Below, in pieces: positions 9,768 to 17,087 of a stretch of 55,554 nt of DNA. Location of the stretch: positions 1 to 55,554 of IMG/VR virus record IMGVR_UViG_3300033148_006010. One strand, 5' to 3'. The first letter of the stretch is position 1; every line of letters begins with the position of its first letter. Under the pieces are notes generated by a model. The model searched no databases and was not told the origin of the DNA. It saw nothing but the letters and a program-made list of their open reading frames with translations. This stretch comes from a virus. Lineage: Duplodnaviria; Caudoviricetes. The position numbers and the translations under genes were made by a program.

Positions 9768-10037
9768 ATGTTAATAAATCTAAAAAAATTATTTAGTAAA
9801 AAAGAACAAGAGCTAAATATCTGCGAAAAAATCATATCTCAAATGGAACCTATAAAAAGAGATAGATTTAGAAAAAGATACGAACAGGCTTTACAAAATG
9901 GAAATGCTAAGTGTGCAGATTGTGGGTTAGTGACAGGAGTATTTAATATTACTTTACATAAAGTTATTGATTCTGGAAAAGAGAAAAAAGTTTGTCAGAT
10001 TTGTTTAAAAAGATATGAAAAGAATCCCTGTAAATAA
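9768..10037 (+). CDS. Small zinc-finger protein
   Basis: CADC...H...CQIC pattern. Confidence 0.7.
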   Translation: MLINLKKLFSKKEQELNICEKIISQMEPIKRDRFRKRYEQALQNGNAKCADCGLVTGVFNITLHKVIDSGKEKKVCQICLKRYEKNPCK

Positions 10038-10039
10038 TT

Positions 10040-10129
10040 CCTGTCGTTCTTACTTTATCAACCGTCTATTTAGAGGGTTAGTTAAAGGACAAAATGGGAT
10101 ATTATATAATTTTTCATTTGAACGGCAGG
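10040..10129 (+). ncRNA. Candidate structured intergenic RNA element
   Basis: CCTGTCGTTC pairs with GAACGGCAGG (one G-U), enclosing two possible internal hairpins. Confidence 0.3.
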
Positions 10130-10148
10130 TTTGGGAATAGGAGAGATA

Positions 10149-10628
10149 ATGAATATAGGTTTTGATTTAGATGGCACTTTGTGTAATATTTCTGGTACAG
10201 AATTAAACTTACTTCAGATTAATAAGGAAAAATTTAAAAACTTGCATGGTAGACAAAACGCAGAAAAATATTATTATTTGGAGAGAAGGCCTACTTTTAA
10301 TGCAAGAATGTTTATGGCAGAAGGTGATAAAGGATTTGCAATTACAGCTAGGCCAAAAAAGTTTAAGGATATAACAAAGAGATGGATGAAGCATTTTTAT
10401 CCTGATATTCCAGTATATCATCTTACTAAAATAATTAAACTTAAAAAACATAAAAACATTGCAGAGATGATGTATCAGGTTGCTAAAAATAAGTTAAATA
10501 TAATGAGAAAATTGAAGATTAAAGTTTATTTTGATGATGACCCTCGTTCTATATTTGCTTTGAGAAAAATGTCGAAAGATATAAAATTTATTCAATATGG
10601 AGGTTTATTGCTCGATGAGAAAATTTGA
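10149..10628 (+). CDS. HAD-superfamily phosphatase (5'(3')-nucleotidase-like)
   Basis: FDLDGTL motif I, ITAR motif II, K motif III, YFDDD motif IV; AGGAG RBS before ATG 10149. Confidence 0.85.
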   Translation: MNIGFDLDGTLCNISGTELNLLQINKEKFKNLHGRQNAEKYYYLERRPTFNARMFMAEGDKGFAITARPKKFKDITKRWMKHFYPDIPVYHLTKIIKLKKHKNIAEMMYQVAKNKLNIMRKLKIKVYFDDDPRSIFALRKMSKDIKFIQYGGLLLDEKI

Positions 10629-10980
10629 TACAGGGGCTACTAGAGATAATGAGGAAGGAAAATATGATTATGAGGGGTTTTTGAGTCCTTTATTTCTTGA
10701 AGCGTTTGGTGCTTATATGAATGAACATAGAAAACAAGCTGATGGAGAGTTGAGAGATTCCGATAACTGGCAAAAAGGAATACCTTTAACAGCTTATATA
10801 AAATCCATGTTTAGACATTTTGTAGATTTATGGTTTTTACATAGAGGATATAAAAGATTTGATAAAAAAGATGGACACGAATTAACTATAATAGAAATTT
10901 GTTGTGCGATTATGTTTAATGTTCAAGGATATGGACACGAAACTATTAAAAAACAGATAAAGGATAGTATAAATGAATAA
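10615..10980 (+). CDS. dATP/dGTP diphosphohydrolase-like protein (DUF5664-like)
   Basis: FDTGATRD...GK.DY, NWQKGIP, S..RH motifs; GGAGG RBS before ATG 10615. Confidence 0.7.
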   Translation: MRKFDTGATRDNEEGKYDYEGFLSPLFLEAFGAYMNEHRKQADGELRDSDNWQKGIPLTAYIKSMFRHFVDLWFLHRGYKRFDKKDGHELTIIEICCAIMFNVQGYGHETIKKQIKDSINE

Positions 10981-11776
10981 GTTTATTTTTTGGGATTTCG
11001 ATTCAAAAAAGCACATTAAAACTGATAAAGTTTTACAAATGAGTGCTACCGATATTTCAATGGGGCAAGAGTGTGAATGGAAACTTTATTTTAAATATAC
11101 AAAAGTATTAAAACCGAAGAAAAATATATATTTAGTAATGGGAAGTGTTTTTCATTCAGTTATAGAACAGGATTTAAAATATTTTGTATTGCAGAAAAAA
11201 CATAAAACATATCAAGATTTAAAGACTTATTTTGAAAGTGAATGGAGCCGACAGATTCAAAATTGTGATATGCGAAATTTATCTGAAATAGAAGCTAAAA
11301 ATAAGTGTTTGAATTATATTACTAATTACTATAGAGATATTATTAAACTTATATATCCTTTAAATATAGAAAATATAGAAAGATTTTTTAGAACATTTAT
11401 TACTTATCAAGGGCAAAGATTAGGAATTACTGGGAAGGTAGATTTAATAGATAAATCGTTATTTATAGTAGACCATAAAACAAGCTCAAGAGGGTGGACA
11501 CAAGAAGAAGCTAATAAAGAATTTCAGGCACAGATTTATCCTTATTGTTTAAAAAGTTTAGGATTGGATATAAGAGGATTTAAGTTTAATGTAGTAAATA
11601 AGCAAGGAGTTAATGTTTTTACAATCAATTATGATACAGCGAAAGTTAAAGATATTTTAATAAAAGCATTTGATACTAAAAAGCATTTAGAAGAGGGGAA
11701 TATGTTTAGAGCTAAGAGTCAAAGAATATGTAAGTTTTGTGAATATAATAGTATTTGTAAGGAGAAATTAGGATAG
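10973..11776 (+). CDS. PD-(D/E)XK exonuclease (RecB/Cas4-like)
   Basis: GSVFH, GKVDLID...VDHKT, Q...Y and C-terminal CKFCEYNSIC. Confidence 0.9.
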   Translation: MNKFIFWDFDSKKHIKTDKVLQMSATDISMGQECEWKLYFKYTKVLKPKKNIYLVMGSVFHSVIEQDLKYFVLQKKHKTYQDLKTYFESEWSRQIQNCDMRNLSEIEAKNKCLNYITNYYRDIIKLIYPLNIENIERFFRTFITYQGQRLGITGKVDLIDKSLFIVDHKTSSRGWTQEEANKEFQAQIYPYCLKSLGLDIRGFKFNVVNKQGVNVFTINYDTAKVKDILIKAFDTKKHLEEGNMFRAKSQRICKFCEYNSICKEKLG

Positions 11777-13005
11777 TGAATAAAGAAGAAATTAATAATT
11801 ATATATTAGAAGTACAAGAAAAATGGGATAATCTTACACAGAAAGGACAGCAAGAATTTTTAGATGCGTTAGTTAATGCAGATATGACTTTAGCAAAAGA
11901 TCCGAGAGCATATGAATTAGTGCAAGATGCGTTAGATTGGGAAAATAAATTAAGAAAGGAGAAAAATATGGAAAATAAAAATAAGACAGGTAAGGAATTA
12001 TCTACTATTTTGAAAAGCGGTGCTATTGTAAAACAGGAAATGACTAATCAAGAGTGGAAAGAGATAGTAATTTCTTTATATCATTCAGGTTATTTTGCAG
12101 ATGTAAAATCAGTAGCACAAGCAATTGCAAAAGCACAATGTGGTAAAGAGTTAGGTTTTGCTCCGTTTTATTCTTTACAACACGTGTATATTATACCTGG
12201 AAAGCCTCCTGCTGTAGATGGGCAAGCGATGGCGGCATTAATAAAGAGAGCTGGATATAATTATAGAGCTATTAAACATAATAACGATATTTGTACTATT
12301 AAGTTTTTTGACCAGAAAGGGCAAGAGTTAGGGGAATCTACTTTTACTTATGAAGAAGCTAGAAGAATTAGGCAAGGTGGGAAAGCATTAACTGATAAAT
12401 CTGTATGGCAGAACTATAGGCAGGATTTATTATTCTGGAGAACATTATCAAGAGGGGCTAGAAGATATTGTCCTGATGCTATATCTGGAGTTTATTATTA
12501 TGAAGAAGTGGATTATGATACACAACAGATAGAAACTTCAAAAACTGATTTGTCTGAATTTAAAACAGATACCAAGTCAGAACAAAAACAAGTTCCTGTA
12601 GTAGATGCAGAAATTGTACAAGAAACAAAAGGTCGTAAAGAACAGCTTCAAGAATTAGTTGAACAACATGGAAAGGATAAAATAAAACAAGCAAAAGATA
12701 AATTAGAAATTCAAGAATCGCTATTAAATATTACAGATGAGGCATTTAAAGCATTTGCTGAATCATTAGAAGTTAAAAAAGAAAAGGAAAAAGAAGAAAA
12801 ACCCGAAAAAAAGAAAAAATCTAAAAAAGCTGGAATGACTATAGATGAAAAGAAATCTAAATTAATAGAATTAGTGGAAAAATATGGAAAAGCAGATGTT
12901 AAGGAAGTTAAAGATAAAATGGAAATTGAAGGTAAAATTGTTGAACTTAATGATAAAGAATTTAATAAATTCGTTAAAAATGTTGAAAAGGAGGCAGATA
13001 TATAA
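11776..13005 (+). CDS. RecT-like single-strand annealing recombinase (second start likely at 11968)
   Basis: GKELGFAPFYSLQHVYII.GKP and WQNY...L.WR..SR.AR..CPD core; follows the exonuclease; duplicated helical C-terminal motif. Confidence 0.8.
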   Translation: MNKEEINNYILEVQEKWDNLTQKGQQEFLDALVNADMTLAKDPRAYELVQDALDWENKLRKEKNMENKNKTGKELSTILKSGAIVKQEMTNQEWKEIVISLYHSGYFADVKSVAQAIAKAQCGKELGFAPFYSLQHVYIIPGKPPAVDGQAMAALIKRAGYNYRAIKHNNDICTIKFFDQKGQELGESTFTYEEARRIRQGGKALTDKSVWQNYRQDLLFWRTLSRGARRYCPDAISGVYYYEEVDYDTQQIETSKTDLSEFKTDTKSEQKQVPVVDAEIVQETKGRKEQLQELVEQHGKDKIKQAKDKLEIQESLLNITDEAFKAFAESLEVKKEKEKEEKPEKKKKSKKAGMTIDEKKSKLIELVEKYGKADVKEVKDKMEIEGKIVELNDKEFNKFVKNVEKEADI

Positions 13006-13445
13006 TGGATTTAAGTTATAAGCCATTTGAAGATATTACTAATGTTAAAGACGGTACTCCTGCTAATGCGTTTTTAAGGTTCTTTTATGCTTTTAAAGAA
13101 AGAAATCCAGATAAGATGCTAGAAGTATGTCAAAAGACGTGGAAATCGAAGCCTAAGGCACGAGAAAAGCTAGAATTGTGGTTTGGTACGTTATTCTTAA
13201 AAGGAATGAAAATAACTGAAATAAAGCGTATTTCTGATACTGTCTATGATGTTACAGCTAGAGTAGGGATCAAGCCGAGAAAACAGCAACAATCGTTAGT
13301 TACTTTAGTTACAGGGCGTGTAATTTGCGAATCTCATCCTTATACACCTAGTAAAATGGGAACATGGGGAGTTAATCCTTTAAGTGTTTTAAAAGGGCTT
13401 GGAATTGTAAAGAAAATTTATTTTGATGAACAGTTTTTTGAATAG
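13005..13445 (+). CDS. Hypothetical protein (possible NTF2-like fold)
   Basis: AGGAGG RBS, TAATG coupling; WGVNPLS motif. Confidence 0.7.
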   Translation: MDLSYKPFEDITNVKDGTPANAFLRFFYAFKERNPDKMLEVCQKTWKSKPKAREKLELWFGTLFLKGMKITEIKRISDTVYDVTARVGIKPRKQQQSLVTLVTGRVICESHPYTPSKMGTWGVNPLSVLKGLGIVKKIYFDEQFFE

Positions 13446-13553
13446 TTTAGTATAAACTATAAACTATAAACTTATGTAATAAAATACATATATAATATGT
13501 AATAAATTATATATTGGAATAATGATAAAAATATTGTTTATACGATATAATAT

Positions 13554-14258
13554 ATGAAAAATGTAAAAAATAATAGATTAAAACATATAAAAAAAGTGAA
13601 AAAAGAAGGTAGATATTTCTTTAGTGTTGTTGAAGAATGTGTAATGAATAAAGAATATCAATGGGGAAGAGGTGGAAGAATAGAAGTTTATGATTCTAAA
13701 GATAAATCAGGTTATGCATTATATGAAGCACGTTTTTTTATTCCTAAAGAGTTTATAAATACTTTTAGAGAAGTGTTTGATTTTAAAACGTCAAATAGAT
13801 TGCCTTTTATTCGTTTTGATTGTGATGATATAAATAGTAATGTAAATTATGTTAATTTAACAGCAGGATTATTGCAAAATAGGTATGAAGGGCAAAAAAT
13901 ACGCCTTCAATCTTCCCATTTAGAATCTCATTCTTATGATAGATTTATTAATTCTTTAAGTGATGATTTGCTTTATAATTTAGCTATAGGAAGACAATGT
14001 ACTATTGTTGATTGTAGTTCTAATTATACTGGGAAGATTAAGCGTAGAGGGTTGCCTATAATAAAATATATATTAGATTATATTTGGTTTAAAAAAGAAA
14101 CAATTATTTCACCTTATGGATTAGCTCAAATGCGTACTATTTATCAAGGGCTTTCAAAAACAACAAAACAGAGAATAAAATACTATAGAAAGTTTTTACA
14201 TGTAGATGATATTAGATTGAGAGTTGTAATAATACCAGTTTATAAAGAAAAATATTGA
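13554..14258 (+). CDS. Hypothetical protein
   Basis: 234 aa ORF; C-terminal half carries YVNLTAG...IRLQSS...NLAIG...VD pattern; start uncertain. Confidence 0.7.
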   Translation: MKNVKNNRLKHIKKVKKEGRYFFSVVEECVMNKEYQWGRGGRIEVYDSKDKSGYALYEARFFIPKEFINTFREVFDFKTSNRLPFIRFDCDDINSNVNYVNLTAGLLQNRYEGQKIRLQSSHLESHSYDRFINSLSDDLLYNLAIGRQCTIVDCSSNYTGKIKRRGLPIIKYILDYIWFKKETIISPYGLAQMRTIYQGLSKTTKQRIKYYRKFLHVDDIRLRVVIIPVYKEKY

Positions 14259-14270
14259 GAGGTAAAAAAT

Positions 14271-14504
14271 ATGGGTATATTCATGCAAAAAGTTAATAGT
14301 AAAAATGTAGATAGTGTTGGATATGGTGAGAATCAGACTTTGAGGATTAAATTTAAGAGTGGAGCTATTTATGATTATCTTCAAGTACCTATAGGAGTAT
14401 TTAATCTTCTTATACAGCTTAGTAAATCAGGACAGTCTATTACAAAGGCTTTAAATCAGCATGTGAAAGATATATTTCCATTTACGAGGATTGATAATAA
14501 ATGA
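14271..14504 (+). CDS. KTSC-domain protein
   Basis: VNSKNVDSVGY...LRIKFKSGAIYDYLQVP...S.G motif. Confidence 0.88.
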   Translation: MGIFMQKVNSKNVDSVGYGENQTLRIKFKSGAIYDYLQVPIGVFNLLIQLSKSGQSITKALNQHVKDIFPFTRIDNK

Positions 14505-14680
14505 AACATAATAAATTTTATACAAATGCTCGTAAATTCAAGATATATCAAGATTATGTATCTTTAGTTACTATTAAGTATTTAAAACCGAAAGATGCCG
14601 TAAAACAGATATGTAAGAAGTATAATATTTGTAAAAAGACACTTTATAATTACTTAAATAAGTTTAAGGGAATGATATGA
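14501..14680 (+). CDS. Small helix-turn-helix protein (59 aa, not in ORF track), paralogue of 14849..15031
   Basis: MKHNKFYTNARKFKIYQDY...KDAVKQICKKYNICKKTLYNYLNKFK; ATGA overlaps at both ends. Confidence 0.75.
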   Translation: MKHNKFYTNARKFKIYQDYVSLVTIKYLKPKDAVKQICKKYNICKKTLYNYLNKFKGMI

Positions 14681-14847
14681 CTGTAGTTTGCAAATATATA
14701 TATAGTCGCAGGCAAAAACGAAGAAAACATCATAATAAATATCCAAAAATTATTTCTTATGAATGTAAAAGAGGTAATCATAATGGATGTACTTCTTTGA
14801 ATTGTATATGTAAATGTCATAATAAAGCATATTTAATGAGAGGTTAA
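14677..14847 (+). CDS. Small basic Cys/His-rich protein (56 aa, not in ORF track)
   Basis: CKRGNHNGCTSLNCICKCH; exactly fills the gap between two HTH genes. Confidence 0.6.
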   Translation: MTVVCKYIYSRRQKRRKHHNKYPKIISYECKRGNHNGCTSLNCICKCHNKAYLMRG

Positions 14848-14848
14848 T

Positions 14849-15031
14849 ATGGAATCATGGTTTTATGAAGCGAATAAGCGTAAAATAAAGATATTGAAAG
14901 AGTATTTATATTTACTTAATAAAAAGAGTTTAACCCCAAAACAAGCATCCATGAAGATTCAAGAAAAATACAATATATGTAGAAGAAGTATTTACTACTA
15001 TATTAAACAGTTTAAAAACACTCCTTTATAG
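14849..15031 (+). CDS. Small helix-turn-helix protein, putative late regulator
   Basis: GAGG RBS; KQASMKIQEKYNICRRSIYYYI HTH; last gene before the packaging module. Confidence 0.7.
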   Translation: MESWFYEANKRKIKILKEYLYLLNKKSLTPKQASMKIQEKYNICRRSIYYYIKQFKNTPL

Positions 15032-15074
15032 TCGAAAACATACCTTAATAGAAATCTATATTTAAACTAATAGA

Positions 15075-15135
15075 TTGCAAAACGTTGCAAAACGTTGCAA
15101 CAATCTTGATTTCCTTTTATTTATCTATTATATTA
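15075..15135 (+). promoter_or_regulatory. 10-bp tandem repeat (TTGCAAAACG x2.6) upstream of putative late promoter
   Basis: TTGCAA palindromes at 15075, 15085 and 15095, followed by TTGATT and an AT-rich -10-like region. Confidence 0.5.
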
Positions 15136-15338
15136 TTAGTACATTAGAATTACTTCATAGTATAATACGTTATAGTAAAATTTAAAGTTTTTTGCATTGA
15201 TTTTTGAAAAAGTTTAATCGTAAAAATTGAAAAAATGAATTAAACTGATTTAGTCGTAAAAACAGCTTGCTTGTAGATATATAACTATGACGTATTTGAC
15301 GATTAAAAATAGCTAACGTAGGAGCAAATAAAAAGCGT

Positions 15339-16232
15339 ATGGTAAAACGTAGAGCAAAGAGAAAAAGCGGTGCATTAAATAGATACTTACAAAATGGCAA
15401 TACTGCTTTAGATAATAGTCAATTTACAAATTTAGAAGTCAAGAATCCATTTAAAGAATTAGAGAAAAAAGATAAGTTTATTCCGCAAGTCAAAGATAAG
15501 AAACCTGAAGTAAAACAAGAACAAGAGATTAAATTACCCTTTATACCGAGTGGGCAGGAAATAAAGGATTTTGACGAAAACCAAATGCCTTTATTCTGTA
15601 ACTATTGTGATATGCGTAAGACGTGTCCTGATGGTAGAAAGGCTATTACTAGGAAAGACCAGAAAGAGCTTATTGTATGTACTAGAAGAAAAGAGTTCGC
15701 TATGTTAATCAAGGAAGCACATATTAGCGATAGACAAGGGTTAATCAACTATATGCGTAAATTGAGGCAAGTAAATGCCCTTAGAATAGGAAGGGCAGTA
15801 TATAAAGAAGCCCTTGCAAACGACGGGATAGATAAGAACTTATCGGTACTAATAGATAAACAGATAGACCATGCTACAAGTGAATATAAACTACTTACTC
15901 CAACAGAAAAGAATCAAGGTAATTTTAGCTTTCATTTAACTACTATACACAATACAGTAGATGCCTTTAATGAGCTTCCAACACAACTGAAAACATACGT
16001 TGTTAAACTAATGCGTGCTAAACTAGAACAATTGAAATCCAATAGTATTACAATACCAACACCCAATAACGATTCCCTTAATACTAAACCAGATACCATC
16101 CCTCATCCTAAACAAGATAATATTCCCAATCCTAACGAGGTTCGAGTAAGCGGGGGAAAGGTCGTTAGCGAGCCAGACAATTCGATTTCAAAAACTATTG
16201 TAAAGAAAGAAAACAAGGAGTTAAGAACGTAA
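15339..16232 (+). CDS. Terminase small subunit candidate
   Basis: AGGAG RBS; first gene of the late module; CxxC...C motif and helical core; call is positional only. Confidence 0.45.
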   Translation: MVKRRAKRKSGALNRYLQNGNTALDNSQFTNLEVKNPFKELEKKDKFIPQVKDKKPEVKQEQEIKLPFIPSGQEIKDFDENQMPLFCNYCDMRKTCPDGRKAITRKDQKELIVCTRRKEFAMLIKEAHISDRQGLINYMRKLRQVNALRIGRAVYKEALANDGIDKNLSVLIDKQIDHATSEYKLLTPTEKNQGNFSFHLTTIHNTVDAFNELPTQLKTYVVKLMRAKLEQLKSNSITIPTPNNDSLNTKPDTIPHPKQDNIPNPNEVRVSGGKVVSEPDNSISKTIVKKENKELRT

Positions 16233-16598
16233 CGTATTTTGCTTCCGATAATTTATATTATGTTACATTAATTATTAATATATTAATTTGTTTAAGTACA
16301 AGTGTTGATTTTTCAACGAATTTTAAAAGATAATAAATATGGAGAATACGAATGTAAATATGCCTTACTCCCCCCCTTAGTAATTTATGTCAAGGGTGGG
16401 GGTATAAAAAAAGAAGGGTTGCTATCCCCTCGCTATTTGCACTAAAAATTTTGGAATTGCAAATAGGTAGTTGGTAGAAAAATATAATAAATTTTTTTTG
16501 GAGATAGTGGTATATGTGGGATGTGAGAGATAAGCGTAAATTTATGAAAAAATGGGAGGAGTTTAAACGGTATAGTTTGAAGATTTGTAATATAAATA

Positions 16599-17087
16599 AT
16601 GAGCAAGAGGTTAATAAAAGTGAAAATAAAAATAATAAGTAAGATATGGGTATTGGTATTAGTGGGGTTGCTTTCTGCTTGTGCTACACAAGAGCCTAAA
16701 GTAGACGGATGGAGTTTTATAGTACAAGATAAAAGAGAAGTAGTAAATATACGTTTAGGTATATTGTTTTTTGATTTTGATGAAAGCAATATAAAAACTA
16801 GTACGAAAGAAAATTTAGATAAAATTGTTACTTTGCTTTTGAGTAATGATTTTTTTGATATTGAAATACATGGGCATTGTGATAATAGGGGAACTGATGA
16901 GTATAATATGATTCTTGGAGGTAAGCGTGCTAGTGTCGTAGCTAATTATTTATTGGCTTGTGGAATAAATGCGAAAGATATAAGAGTTATTTCACATGGT
17001 GCGAAACAGTCGTTTAGTAATTTCCATTGGCAAAATCGCAGAGTTGAGATTATAGCAAAAACGAGAAATGCAATTAAAGGAACTTGA
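16599..17087 (+). CDS. OmpA-family / Pal-like peptidoglycan-binding lipoprotein
   Basis: Lipobox LLSAC; FFDFDES, GHCDNRGTDEYNMILGGKRA and NRRVEI motifs. Confidence 0.92.
   Translation: MSKRLIKVKIKIISKIWVLVLVGLLSACATQEPKVDGWSFIVQDKREVVNIRLGILFFDFDESNIKTSTKENLDKIVTLLLSNDFFDIEIHGHCDNRGTDEYNMILGGKRASVVANYLLACGINAKDIRVISHGAKQSFSNFHWQNRRVEIIAKTRNAIKGT

Noticed and set aside
10973-11776. Cas4 as a sign of a CRISPR-Cas system
   Set aside because: No other cas genes or array; pairing with a RecT-like gene fits a phage recombination exonuclease
3525-12830. Similar EKEEKPxKKK stretch in the SSB-like and RecT-like proteins
   Set aside because: Low-complexity A-rich linker; similarity is expected by chance
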